Assembly (NCBI GenBank): GCA_034429955.1
Contig: DAOUFH010000095.1
Coordinates: forward strand, 1-40,038
DNA: 40,038 nt
Reading direction: 5' to 3'
Origin: Dehalococcoidales bacterium
GTDB taxonomy: Bacteria > Chloroflexota > Dehalococcoidia > Dehalococcoidales > UBA3254
Below, piece after piece: positions 25,596 through 34,567 of this stretch; position 1 is the first letter of the stretch; each line of letters begins with the position of its first letter. Made by a program: the position numbers and the translations under genes. The notes beneath the pieces are model-generated. The model saw only the letters and a program-made list of their open reading frames with translations, had not been told where the DNA came from and did no database searches.

Positions 25596-26825
25596 TTAAA
25601 TCCAGCGGGTGCGTTTACTGCGGCTTTTAACTGAATTACGCACCGGTAAATGCCGTTCGGTCAGAGTTTGCTCAACCAGGCTCCAGAACTGCTCTCTGTC
25701 CGCAGCGGTTACCACCGCCTGCTCATGAGCTTCACTTAATGCCACCGGGTAGCCGTGACCACGGCGGCACTGGTCGAGCACCAGAGCATGAGATAATTCC
25801 AGTAATTCAGGCCGGTCGGCCACCCATTGCGGAATCTCAACCCGGGCGATCTCATCCTCAAGCTTGAGATAATAGAAACAGACCTTGTGAGGGCCGTAAC
25901 CTGCCACAATTGAAGAGAGGTTCATAAAGACATCCGAACGCTGTGCGGGTTTAAGATAGGCATCGAACAGCAGACGGTCGTTAATATCCGCCAGGACATC
26001 GCAGGCTGCAACACCGGCCGAACAGGACTCCTCGCAACTCAACCTTGACTGCGGACAAATGGCCGCCCGCAGCACATTCACAACGTCATTCGAGCCGGGC
26101 AGACTGATATAGCTGACCAGTACCAGATTATTGGTTTGAGAGATGGTGCGTAATTGATTGAGGGGAGGTAAAAGGCCTCCGGCCAGTATGCTGGACTGGA
26201 CGAAATCCAGGTAAGACTCGAGCCCGAACAAGACCAGTGAACCGTCCATCATAGCTATAACATTGGGATTAGCTTGATAGTCCTGAGCCATTTTGGCCAG
26301 ATGACGGCATTCCTCAACCGAACGCAGGTTATCGGCCAGAGCACCTCTAATCTGCTGGGTACGACGGCTATTGCTGCTATCCCGAATAACCAGAGCTTCA
26401 TCATCAGCGTACAGGAAGGGCAGACTGTTCATATCAGCATCCGGACAAGAGCCGTAGCGCAGCATAACCGCGCCGATATTGATCAAATAGCAAAAAGCGG
26501 CCTGATTACGGTCCAGGGCGATATCGGAACCATCGGTAGCCACGACAGTATAATCAGCCGGCGCAGCCGGAGGGTCATAGCGACCGCTGATAGAACCTCC
26601 CAGGCCTGCCACGTTCCAGGGTAGATGGGCATCGGCCAGTTTTTGTTTGAGAGCAGCCAAATCCAGCGAGCGGTCCCCCAGTTTAGAGACTGCCAGATCA
26701 AGATGGGCTTTTAGCTCAAGGTTGCCGGCCTCCAGTTGGCCGGCCATAGCACCGATCTGTGCGGCTATTTTTGTGATATCCAGCGTCACGCCTGACTCCG
26801 CTAAAAAAGAGGGCAGGGTTTGCAC
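25596..26825 (-). CDS. nurA: NurA-domain 5'-3' nuclease
   Basis: VVATDGSD and AMMDGSLVLF motifs (NurA catalytic Asp context). 409 aa. Same strand and cluster as herA. Confidence 0.7.
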   Translation of the reverse strand: MQTLPSFLAESGVTLDITKIAAQIGAMAGQLEAGNLELKAHLDLAVSKLGDRSLDLAALKQKLADAHLPWNVAGLGGSISGRYDPPAAPADYTVVATDGSDIALDRNQAAFCYLINIGAVMLRYGSCPDADMNSLPFLYADDEALVIRDSSNSRRTQQIRGALADNLRSVEECRHLAKMAQDYQANPNVIAMMDGSLVLFGLESYLDFVQSSILAGGLLPPLNQLRTISQTNNLVLVSYISLPGSNDVVNVLRAAICPQSRLSCEESCSAGVAACDVLADINDRLLFDAYLKPAQRSDVFMNLSSIVAGYGPHKVCFYYLKLEDEIARVEIPQWVADRPELLELSHALVLDQCRRGHGYPVALSEAHEQAVVTAADREQFWSLVEQTLTERHLPVRNSVKSRSKRTRWI

Positions 26826-26842
26826 CCTGCCCTGACCTTCGA

Positions 26843-27736
26843 CTATTCCAGGGGCAAATCAATTTCATATTTTTTCAGCACTTCCCTTATCTGGGCGGCT
26901 GACTTTTCATCCGGTTCGACCAGGGGCAGCCGGGTCTGCCCGACGTTAAACCCGACCTGATTAAGAGCATATTTGACCGGGACCGGATTTGAAACAACAA
27001 AGAGTGTCTTCATCAGAGGCATCAACTTCAGATGGATAGCAGCAGCCTCCGCATTTTTACCGGCCAGGAAGGCATTGATCATCTTTTTAATCTGGAGTCC
27101 GACCAGATGAGCTGCCACACTGATGATGCCGTAGCCTCCGATGCTCATCATGGGCAGAGTATCCGAGTCATTACCGCTCCAGACCACAAACTTATCAGGA
27201 GTACCGGCAATGATTTTACCGATTTCCTCCATGTTGCCGCTGGATTCCTTGACCCCGATAATATTGGGAATCTGGCTTAGCCGGATAACCGTTTCAGACG
27301 CAATCGAAACAACGGTGCGGGAAGGCACATTGTAAAGAATGCAGGGCAATTGGGTAGATTCGGCAATCTTCTTGAAATGCTGATAAAGGCCCTCCTGAGT
27401 AGGCTTATTGTAATAGGGGGCAACCAGCAAACAGGCATCTACCCCGACCTTTTCCGCCGCCAGAGTAGCTTCGACAGCTTCAATAGTGCTGTTACTGCCG
27501 GTGCCGGCGATGATTGAGCCGCGTTTACCGACAACCTTTTTTACATCGGTATAAAGTTTCAGCTCTTCCTCGTGGGTAAGAGTGGGTGACTCACCGGTGG
27601 TGCCGGACAGGACCAGGCCATCGCTGCCCGATTTTAAGAGGGCCATAGCCAGCTTTTCAGCCTGCTGGTAGTCCACTTTGCCATCGGCGTCAAAAGGGGT
27701 AACCATGGCGGTGATTAAACGACCTAACTCTTTCAT
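26843..27736 (-). CDS. dapA: 4-hydroxy-tetrahydrodipicolinate synthase
   Basis: ITAMVTPF, GTTGESPTLT, YNVPSRT, and the Schiff-base Lys context GVKESSG. Start set at the ATG at 27736, preceded by GAAAGG. Confidence 0.92.
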   Translation of the reverse strand: MKELGRLITAMVTPFDADGKVDYQQAEKLAMALLKSGSDGLVLSGTTGESPTLTHEEELKLYTDVKKVVGKRGSIIAGTGSNSTIEAVEATLAAEKVGVDACLLVAPYYNKPTQEGLYQHFKKIAESTQLPCILYNVPSRTVVSIASETVIRLSQIPNIIGVKESSGNMEEIGKIIAGTPDKFVVWSGNDSDTLPMMSIGGYGIISVAAHLVGLQIKKMINAFLAGKNAEAAAIHLKLMPLMKTLFVVSNPVPVKYALNQVGFNVGQTRLPLVEPDEKSAAQIREVLKKYEIDLPLE

Positions 27737-27802
27737 CTTTAACCTTTCTGTTGCAACCAACCTTTTTTATTATTGTTCCTGCATTTTTTACAGGATGTTA
27801 AT

Positions 27803-27808
27803 ATTATA
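27803..27808 (-). promoter_or_regulatory. Candidate -10 box (TATAAT) for dapA downstream of repeat copy B
   Basis: The minus strand reads TTTCAC-18 nt-TATAAT about 65 nt upstream of the dapA ATG. Pattern match only. Confidence 0.3.
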
Positions 27809-27837
27809 GGCGAAAAATATGCCAAAGTGAAATGGAA

Positions 27838-28104
27838 ATTAGCGATTAGTTTTTAGACTTTTAGATATTTAGACGGATAGCTGTTAGCCATTGGGAGACA
27901 AGGTGAGTAATTCGTTCTTCGTTCTTCGTTTCAGGTAAAGGGGAGATTCTTAGCGGTTAGACACTTTCAGACTGGAATTTGCTTCGGATTTATTCTTGCG
28001 TATTGCGAATTTTATTGAGTCATTGGTAGTATTGGTACTTATTGGTATTATTTAATACCCTTTTCTCGAAACTGACAGCTAACGGCTGTCAACTGTCAGC
28101 TGCA
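27838..28104 (+). repeat. Mosaic intergenic repeat, copy B (between dapB and dapA)
   Basis: 27900-28102 is near-identical to the reverse complement of 36262-36490. It contains CAGGTAAAGGGGAGATTCTTAGCGGTTAGACAC, 9-mer run 28022-28050, and the hairpin module CTGACAGCTAACGGCTGTCAACTGTCAG. Confidence 0.9.
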
Positions 28105-28896
28105 TTATAACTTTAACAAGGTATCCAGTCCCTGTACCAGACCTTTAAGATTTACTATAGCCTGGGCAGCCAGAATAACGCCGGGCGCATAACATTCACG
28201 GCCGATGGTATCATGCCGGATGCTAAGAGTCTGGCCCTGTCCGCCGAAGAGGACTTCCTGGTGCGCCATCAGGCCGGGCAGACGGACACTATGCACATTG
28301 ATGCCGCTGTATTTTTCACCGCGGGCGGGATAATTTTTACCTTCGTCTAACGCCTGCAAAAAGGGTTTGCTGCGTGCAGCCGCCATCATTTTAGCGGTGG
28401 TTATGGAGGTGCCGGAAGGAGCATCCAGCTTTTTTTCATGATGCAGCTCGATAATTTCAGCATAGTCCATATATTTGGCTGCCAGTTTGGCAAAATGCAT
28501 CATCAGCACCGCACCCAGGGCGAAATTGGCTGCCAGGAAGATCCCGATATCGTTGGATTTAGCCAGCTGTTCCATTTCGGCCAGATCGCCGGCGCTGAAA
28601 CCGGTAGTGCCGATAACCAGGTTAACCTTGCGGGCGGCCGCTATACGCACCGCCGGCAGCGAGGCTTTGGCGATGGTAAAATCCACCATAACCTGGGGGT
28701 TGACCTCGGCCAGCAATTTATCCAGGTCGGCTGAGAAAGGAATACGGGAACCATCGTTCAGAGTCAATTCTGCAGCCGGGACCTTGATATCGACCGCCCC
28801 GACCAGCTTGATTTCAGGAGCGTTTTGCAAAGTATTAATCAGCACCTGACCCACCCGTCCCGAGGCGCCGTGTATAACCGTTCTGACTGGATTCAT
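28105..28896 (-). CDS. dapB: 4-hydroxy-tetrahydrodipicolinate reductase
   Basis: VIHGASGRVGQ NAD(P)-binding motif, GTTG, EIIELHHEKKLDAPSGT (E-x-HH-x-K-x-DAPSGTA signature). Confidence 0.92.
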   Translation of the reverse strand: MNPVRTVIHGASGRVGQVLINTLQNAPEIKLVGAVDIKVPAAELTLNDGSRIPFSADLDKLLAEVNPQVMVDFTIAKASLPAVRIAAARKVNLVIGTTGFSAGDLAEMEQLAKSNDIGIFLAANFALGAVLMMHFAKLAAKYMDYAEIIELHHEKKLDAPSGTSITTAKMMAAARSKPFLQALDEGKNYPARGEKYSGINVHSVRLPGLMAHQEVLFGGQGQTLSIRHDTIGRECYAPGVILAAQAIVNLKGLVQGLDTLLKL

Positions 28897-28990
28897 CTCA
28901 TCATCTCCCTCTGTCTGATTTTGCCGGAGTTTATATGATTAAGGATAACAGTTTAGAAGAAGAAAATCGAGCATAAAACGGAGTCCTGAC

Positions 28991-29026
28991 AAAAAACAAA
29001 AAGCCGGCAAAATTTGCCGGCTTTTC
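28991..29026 (-). terminator. Intrinsic terminator downstream of pnp
   Basis: Minus strand AAAGCCGGCAAA-TTTTGCCGGCTTT followed by TTGTTTTTT. Confidence 0.75.
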
Positions 29027-29040
29027 ACTGCTTTCAAATT

Positions 29041-31203
29041 CTATCTGCGTTCGTCGCGGCGGAAAGGAGGTCGACCTCCGCTACGGTTGTCGCGGCGAGG
29101 CGGCCGGGGCCGTTCTTCGCCGGGCTTCTCGAACATGGCGCGGCGGGAGAGGTTGATGCGTCCCATATGGTCGATTTCAATCACCTTGACGGTAATTTCA
29201 TCACCGACTTTGACCACATCTTCTACCTTTTCGACACGCTGTTCAGCCAGTTCGCTGATGTGTACCAGGCCCTCTTTGCCGGGCAGAATTTCAACCATAG
29301 CACCGAAGTTCAGAATACGGCTGACTTTGCCGGTGTAAATAGCGCCCGCTTCAACCTCTTTGGTCAGGCCTTCGATAATCTCGATGGCCCGGCGGGCCGA
29401 CTTTTCATCAGCCGAACCGATAACCACGGTACCGGAATCATCGATATCAATCGTGCACTTGGTCTCTTCGATAATAGAGCGAATCATCTTGCCGCCGGGA
29501 CCGATAACGGTGCCGATTTTTTCAGGATTTATCTTTATCTTGTACATACGCGGAGCGTATGGGCTGGTATTTTCGCGCGGAGCGGAAATAGTATTCAGCA
29601 TGATACCCAGGATAAACATTCGCCCATCATGAGCCTGACGGATGGCAGCCTCCAGGATTTCCAGGCTGATGCCTTTCAGTTTGATATCGAGCTGAAGGGC
29701 GGTAATGCCCTTTTCCGAACCGGCCACCTTGAAGTCCATATCGCCATAAAAATCTTCAACTCCAGCGATATCATTCAGGACTTTGAAATTGCCGTTATCA
29801 TCGGTAATCAACCCCATGGCAATGCCAGATACGGGACGGATGATAGGTACACCGGCATCCATTAGAGAAAGAGTGCTGCCGCAGGTGCTGGCCATAGAGG
29901 TACTGCCGTTGGAACCCAGACACTCCGAAACCAGGCGGATAGTGTAAGGGAATTTTTCATTATCTGGAATAACCGGCAGCAAGGCCCTTTCTGCCAGAGC
30001 GCCATGACCGATTTCGCGGCGTCCGGTGGTACCGATACGGCCAGTCTCTCCGGTGGAGAAGGGCGGGAAATTATAATGATGAATGTAATGCTTGGTCTCT
30101 TCGATTCCCAGACCGTCCAGCTGCTGTCTTTCCGCCATGGAACCCAGAGTCACAGTAGTCATAACTTGAGTTTCACCGCGATTGAAGAGGGCAGAGCCGT
30201 GCGTACGGGGCAGCAGGCCTACTTCGCAGGTAATAGGACGGATATCCAGCAGTCCGCGACCGTCCATACGGAAAGATTTCTCCAGTACGCTGGCGCGCAT
30301 CATGGCTTTCATGTGCACGTCATAAGCGGTATTGATATCGGCAGGTTCAAATTGCTCTTTTAATTTTTCCTGGAGGTCCAGTTTGATGGCTTTTTCAGCG
30401 GCATCTCTCTCATCACGGACAGGCATGCCTATGCATTTAGCCATCGCCTCGCCGGCGTTAGCAACGATAGCCTCAATAACTTCGGGTTTATTCCAGCGGG
30501 CCGGGGCTTCCAGCTTGGGTTTGCTGATTCCCTGCAAGAACTCTTCCTGCAAGGCAATAATCGCCTGATTGGCCTCATGACCGAACTTCAAAGCGCCGAC
30601 TACAATGTCCTCCGGTACCTCTTTAGCTCCGGCTTCCACCATCACCACATTCTTGCTGGTGCTGCAGACAAACAGGTCCAGATCTCCCTCCGTCAGGTCG
30701 GGTAGAATGGGGTTCAACACATACTGACCGTCTTTATAACCCACAGTCACACCGGAGGCCGGACCGGCAAAAGGAATTTCAGATAAGCCTAGAGCGGCGG
30801 AAGCACCGATGATGCCCAGCAGATTGGGGTCATTCTCCTGATCGGTTGAAAGTACAGTCACCACCACCTGAATATCATGATTCCAGGTCTTGGGCAGGAG
30901 AGGCCGGATAGTGCGGTCGGTCAGACGGCTGGCCAGAGTGGCTTCAGTGGTCGGACGGCCTTCACGGCGAATAAAACCGCCGGGAATTTTACCGGCGGCA
31001 TACATTCTTTCTTCATAATCAACAGTCAAAGGCAGAAAATCGACACCCTCTCTAACGTTGGAACTGTTTACGGCTGTAACCAGCACAATGGTATCTCCAT
31101 ATCTGACGGTAACAGCTCCGCTGGCCTGTTTGGCCAATTTACCGGTTTCAAGTGTGAGTTTTCTACCCGCGATTTCGCAGGATACGGATTTAGGTTCTAA
31201 CAA
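29041..31203 (-). CDS. pnp: Polyribonucleotide nucleotidyltransferase (PNPase)
   Basis: Two RNase PH domains, KH (IGPGGKMIRSI) and S1 (GKVSRILNFGAMVEI). TTG start with an AGGAG RBS immediately after the rpsO stop. Confidence 0.95.
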   Translation of the reverse strand: MLEPKSVSCEIAGRKLTLETGKLAKQASGAVTVRYGDTIVLVTAVNSSNVREGVDFLPLTVDYEERMYAAGKIPGGFIRREGRPTTEATLASRLTDRTIRPLLPKTWNHDIQVVVTVLSTDQENDPNLLGIIGASAALGLSEIPFAGPASGVTVGYKDGQYVLNPILPDLTEGDLDLFVCSTSKNVVMVEAGAKEVPEDIVVGALKFGHEANQAIIALQEEFLQGISKPKLEAPARWNKPEVIEAIVANAGEAMAKCIGMPVRDERDAAEKAIKLDLQEKLKEQFEPADINTAYDVHMKAMMRASVLEKSFRMDGRGLLDIRPITCEVGLLPRTHGSALFNRGETQVMTTVTLGSMAERQQLDGLGIEETKHYIHHYNFPPFSTGETGRIGTTGRREIGHGALAERALLPVIPDNEKFPYTIRLVSECLGSNGSTSMASTCGSTLSLMDAGVPIIRPVSGIAMGLITDDNGNFKVLNDIAGVEDFYGDMDFKVAGSEKGITALQLDIKLKGISLEILEAAIRQAHDGRMFILGIMLNTISAPRENTSPYAPRMYKIKINPEKIGTVIGPGGKMIRSIIEETKCTIDIDDSGTVVIGSADEKSARRAIEIIEGLTKEVEAGAIYTGKVSRILNFGAMVEILPGKEGLVHISELAEQRVEKVEDVVKVGDEITVKVIEIDHMGRINLSRRAMFEKPGEERPRPPRRDNRSGGRPPFRRDERR

Positions 31204-31220
31204 GATCGGTTCTCCTATGA

Positions 31221-31487
31221 CTACTTGCGCAGTCCGAGTTTCTTAATAACGGTGTTATATCTTTCCACGTTTTCTTTGCTGAGATAGCTCAACAGTCTTC
31301 TTCTCTGACCGACCAGCTTGAGCAGTCCGCGCTGAGTGTTGAAATCATGCTTGGCAGCGGCCATATGGCGGGTCAGCTGATTGATTCTTTCGGTAAGAAT
31401 CGCAATCTGAATTTCGGTCGAGCCGGTATCACCGTCATGCATCTTGAAAGAATCGATTAATTGGCTTTTCTTGTCTTTGGTTAACAT
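31221..31487 (-). CDS. rpsO: 30S ribosomal protein S15
   Basis: 88 aa. GDTGSTEIQIA..LTERI..LT.H...KHD..+RGLL.LV..RR.LL.YL signature. Confidence 0.95.
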   Translation of the reverse strand: MLTKDKKSQLIDSFKMHDGDTGSTEIQIAILTERINQLTRHMAAAKHDFNTQRGLLKLVGQRRRLLSYLSKENVERYNTVIKKLGLRK

Positions 31488-31605
31488 TTTACCCCCGAAA
31501 TTTTATCTACAGATTAATTAAATATTATTTTCGCAAATCAAATCATTTTAACATAAATGGGCAAGGGATGTAAATTTGACTGAACAGCCGCCTTCAAAAC
31601 GGCGG

Positions 31606-32391
31606 CTACAGGCCGCGGCCGACCGCTTTTTTGGCTTCCTCCCAGAGGCCGTTCTGTTCATCAAAAGAAAGGCGGCCCAACTCCTGGCCCCGCTCACGAC
31701 ACAGCTTTTCCATGTAGCTGAAGCGGCGGTAAAATTTACGGTTAGCCGCTCTAAGGGCCGATTCGGGTTCGACCCCCATACGGCGGGCGATATTGACCAG
31801 GGTAAAAAAGAGATCACCGAACTCCTCGCTTTTTTCTTCCTCGGTAGCAGCCGCTTTGAACTCTGCGACCTCCTCGGCCAGCTTTTCTATAACGCCGTCG
31901 ATGTTTTCCCAGTCAAAACCTGTCTGGGCGGCCCGGCGCTGGATATCCTGGCTGTAAGCCACGGCCGGCATTTGTTTGGGCACACTATCCAGCATGGAAG
32001 CCTGCGAGTCCCGTTCTTTTTTCTTGATGGCTTCCCAGTTCTGAGAGACCTCATCCGCATCTTTGACCTGCACATCGGCAAAGACATGAGGATGACGCCG
32101 TATCAATTTCCGGTTGAGGCCGCGCAGCACATCAGCCAGGGTAAACTCGCCTTTTTCCATCGCTATCTGCGAATGCAACATGATTTGCAGCAGGATATCA
32201 CCCAGTTCAGCCGCAAGTTTGGAATTATCCCCCTCGTCCAGGGCTTCCAGTGCCTCATAGCTCTCTTCCAGGAGATATTCTCTCAGGGAGACATGCGTTT
32301 GCTTTTTATCCCAGGGGCAGCCCTGAGGGCCACGCAACGTAGTAATTATGTCAACCAATTTTTGAAATTCCAGGCCAGCGGAATCAGGCAT
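31606..32391 (-). CDS. mazG: MazG nucleoside triphosphate pyrophosphohydrolase (tandem MazG domains)
   Basis: LRGPQGCPWDKKQTHVSLREYLLEESYEALEAL, plus a second EEVAEF...EFGDLFF repeat. Confidence 0.9.
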   Translation of the reverse strand: MPDSAGLEFQKLVDIITTLRGPQGCPWDKKQTHVSLREYLLEESYEALEALDEGDNSKLAAELGDILLQIMLHSQIAMEKGEFTLADVLRGLNRKLIRRHPHVFADVQVKDADEVSQNWEAIKKKERDSQASMLDSVPKQMPAVAYSQDIQRRAAQTGFDWENIDGVIEKLAEEVAEFKAAATEEEKSEEFGDLFFTLVNIARRMGVEPESALRAANRKFYRRFSYMEKLCRERGQELGRLSFDEQNGLWEEAKKAVGRGL

Positions 32392-32517
32392 ATCAAACTC
32401 CGGAAATATGAAATAGATTTAAAGACACAGAGTAGTTCAAACCCCTGTATTCCCACGGTCGGGGTGAAAATCAGGGAAGGCTTACTGCCCGGGTTGGAAC
32501 ATTAATAAGTCCGCATC

Positions 32518-33270
32518 CTACTTTTTATATTGAGCTGCCAGCTCCGGCTCGTACGGGGCCCGGCGGCCCGAACAACGCTGATTGGTACACAACCGGCAGC
32601 TGATGAACTCAACATCGGTAGAGAAATAAATACCGGAATGCGACTTGGTGGGCAACAAAGCGCAGTTCTCCGAAAGAGTAACGCCGATATAGCCCTCCAC
32701 ATCTCCGATTATCTGAAAAAGCTTGCGCTGCTGGTCGATAGGAAACGACTCAGTCTCCCCGGGATTGAGATTGGTCAGGGTACCGGTCTTATAGTTTTCC
32801 TGCAGAAAATTCTTGAGATAGCCGGTGGCATAAAAAAGCAGGGTATTTTTCAGGGAGTCCAGGCAATAACGCTGCAGAACGTCCTGGGGTGGAGGAATTT
32901 GCTCTACTTCGACACCCACGGTGGTCATACAAATAAAAGCCGTTTCCACCTCCCCCAGCTTTTCCCTGACCAGCTTGCTATCGAATTCAACCCCGTCGAT
33001 TTGCAGTGTTTCAGGCGTTTTATGGTCGACACAGACCACCTTAATCAAAGCCTTGGGCCGGGCAACAGGTTTAACTATCTCGACCAACTCCTTCAAAGGA
33101 GCCTCAAAGCGTTTGGTGTTGCCGTGAATATGCATCTGGGTGAGAATGTCCTGTATATCCAGTTTAAAGGGCACATCCAGGACGATAACTTTATTATCAG
33201 CCAGTTGGGCCATGCGCAAGTCCTCCGGAATAATAGGGTTTACCTGTTCTATTATATAATCATTATACAA
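32518..33270 (-). CDS. Stand-alone methionine-synthase activation-domain-like (Met_synt_B12-like) protein with C-terminal Cys cluster
   Basis: LNPGETESFPIDQQRKLFQIIGDVEGYIGVTLSENCALLPTKSHSGIYF resembles the MetH reactivation-domain core (L.PG..W.I..Q..LF.L....IGV.LTES..M.P.KSVSGI.F). C-terminal CRLCTNQRC. The opposite-strand ORF is rejected. Confidence 0.55.
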   Translation of the reverse strand: MYNDYIIEQVNPIIPEDLRMAQLADNKVIVLDVPFKLDIQDILTQMHIHGNTKRFEAPLKELVEIVKPVARPKALIKVVCVDHKTPETLQIDGVEFDSKLVREKLGEVETAFICMTTVGVEVEQIPPPQDVLQRYCLDSLKNTLLFYATGYLKNFLQENYKTGTLTNLNPGETESFPIDQQRKLFQIIGDVEGYIGVTLSENCALLPTKSHSGIYFSTDVEFISCRLCTNQRCSGRRAPYEPELAAQYKK

Positions 33271-33508
33271 TGATACGGTTTGCAGTTTACAGTTTTCAGC
33301 AGGTCTGCTTGCTGTTAAAGCCAGATATCCCGTAGCTGTGCCTGATTGACTTCACCGGACGGCGCTGGTAACATGAGGATTGGGACGACATAACAACCAG
33401 GACACTCGAAAAATCCCCGATCCTTGAGCGGACTTCCGGTATAGTCCGGCAATATCAACGAGTAAAATCAATAAAACAGCAACGCCGGTCTTTCCCACTA
33501 AAAAAGTC

Positions 33509-34567
33509 ATGTGGAAAACATTAGGCCAATCCAAAATAGTAGAATACCTGCAAAGAACAGTGTCAACAGGCACTGTTTCGCATGCGTACCTGATTTGCGG
33601 CCTGCCGCAAACCGGTAAAATGACTCTGGCCAAAGACCTGGCTATGGCGCTAAACTGCTCAGCCGCCCAGGATCAACGTCCCTGCGGCAACTGTAGCAGT
33701 TGCCGTAAGATCGCCGAGGGCAAACATGCCGATGTGCAGGTCATAAATCTGGACATCGGAGAAAACGGGGACGGCAAAGAACGCAAGCTGATCGGCATCG
33801 GACAGATTAACGATGTGCTGCATTCCGCCAATCTGCCGCCTTTTGAGGGCAGGCAGAGGGTCTATATTATAGAGGAAGCCGGTGATCTGTCGCTGGACGC
33901 CGCCAACCGGCTGTTGAAAACACTGGAGGAACCGCCCGCAGGGGTAACTTTTATCTTGTTGACTGCCAACCTGAAGTTGATACCGGCTACCGTGATATCG
34001 CGCTGCCAGAAATTAAGCCTCTCCCGCATGAAGACCTCTGAGATAGAAAGCCTGCTGGTCAATGACTATAAGCTGGATACGGAAAAAGCCGCTTTACTGG
34101 CACGCCTGAGCCGGGGCTGTCCGGGCAAAGCAGTAGAGCTGGTTCAAAACAGCAAATCGCTGGAGGAACGTCGGGAAGCCTTTGAAAAAATGCTGGAGGT
34201 TGCGGCAGGCGGTTACTCGGAACGATTCGCCTCGGCCGCCCAGATGGCCCAGCAATATTCTAAAAAGAGGGAGACAGTATATGGCACCCTGGAAGCGTGG
34301 ACCGACTGGTGGAGGGATATCCTTCTGGCTAAAACTGGCTGTGATAGTGATATTATTAATATTGATTATAGGTCTAATCTGTCTGAAATGGCAGGGAATC
34401 TTGGGCTGGCCGATATAAAAGAAACCCTTCAGAGCTTCGGCGACGCTATGAAACAGTTGAAAATGAATGTTAATCCGCGCTTAGTGCTGGAAAGCTTGAT
34501 GCTGAATATGGCCAGACCCGGCAGGGAGAAAGCCGGCACATTGCGAGCAGGGGTGAGAAATGCCTGA
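33509..34567 (+). CDS. holB: DNA polymerase III subunit delta'
   Basis: SHAYLICGLPQTGKMTLA, zinc module CGNCSSCRKI, YIIEEAGDLS, SRCQ sensor motif. Confidence 0.88.
   Translation: MWKTLGQSKIVEYLQRTVSTGTVSHAYLICGLPQTGKMTLAKDLAMALNCSAAQDQRPCGNCSSCRKIAEGKHADVQVINLDIGENGDGKERKLIGIGQINDVLHSANLPPFEGRQRVYIIEEAGDLSLDAANRLLKTLEEPPAGVTFILLTANLKLIPATVISRCQKLSLSRMKTSEIESLLVNDYKLDTEKAALLARLSRGCPGKAVELVQNSKSLEERREAFEKMLEVAAGGYSERFASAAQMAQQYSKKRETVYGTLEAWTDWWRDILLAKTGCDSDIINIDYRSNLSEMAGNLGLADIKETLQSFGDAMKQLKMNVNPRLVLESLMLNMARPGREKAGTLRAGVRNA

Noticed and set aside
28022-28050. 9-bp tandem units as a possible CRISPR array
   Set aside because: The units are contiguous with no spacers, are only 9 bp long and number 3-4 copies. 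No cas genes are present in the window.
29014-29865. 283-aa plus-strand ORF
   Set aside because: It is antisense to pnp (canonical PNPase KH and S1 region). This is a typical long shadow ORF in a GC-biased gene.
31576-32505. 309-aa plus-strand ORF, longer than mazG
   Set aside because: It is antisense to a gene with unmistakable MazG motifs (GCPWDKKQT, EExYE). The antisense product is low-complexity, has no recognisable motif and has no RBS.
32530-33273. 247-aa plus-strand ORF mirroring the minus-strand 250-aa ORF
   Set aside because: The minus-strand product has a coherent domain-like sequence (MetH activation-domain-like block, Cys cluster). The plus-strand product is Leu/Gln/Gly/Arg-rich with no motif.
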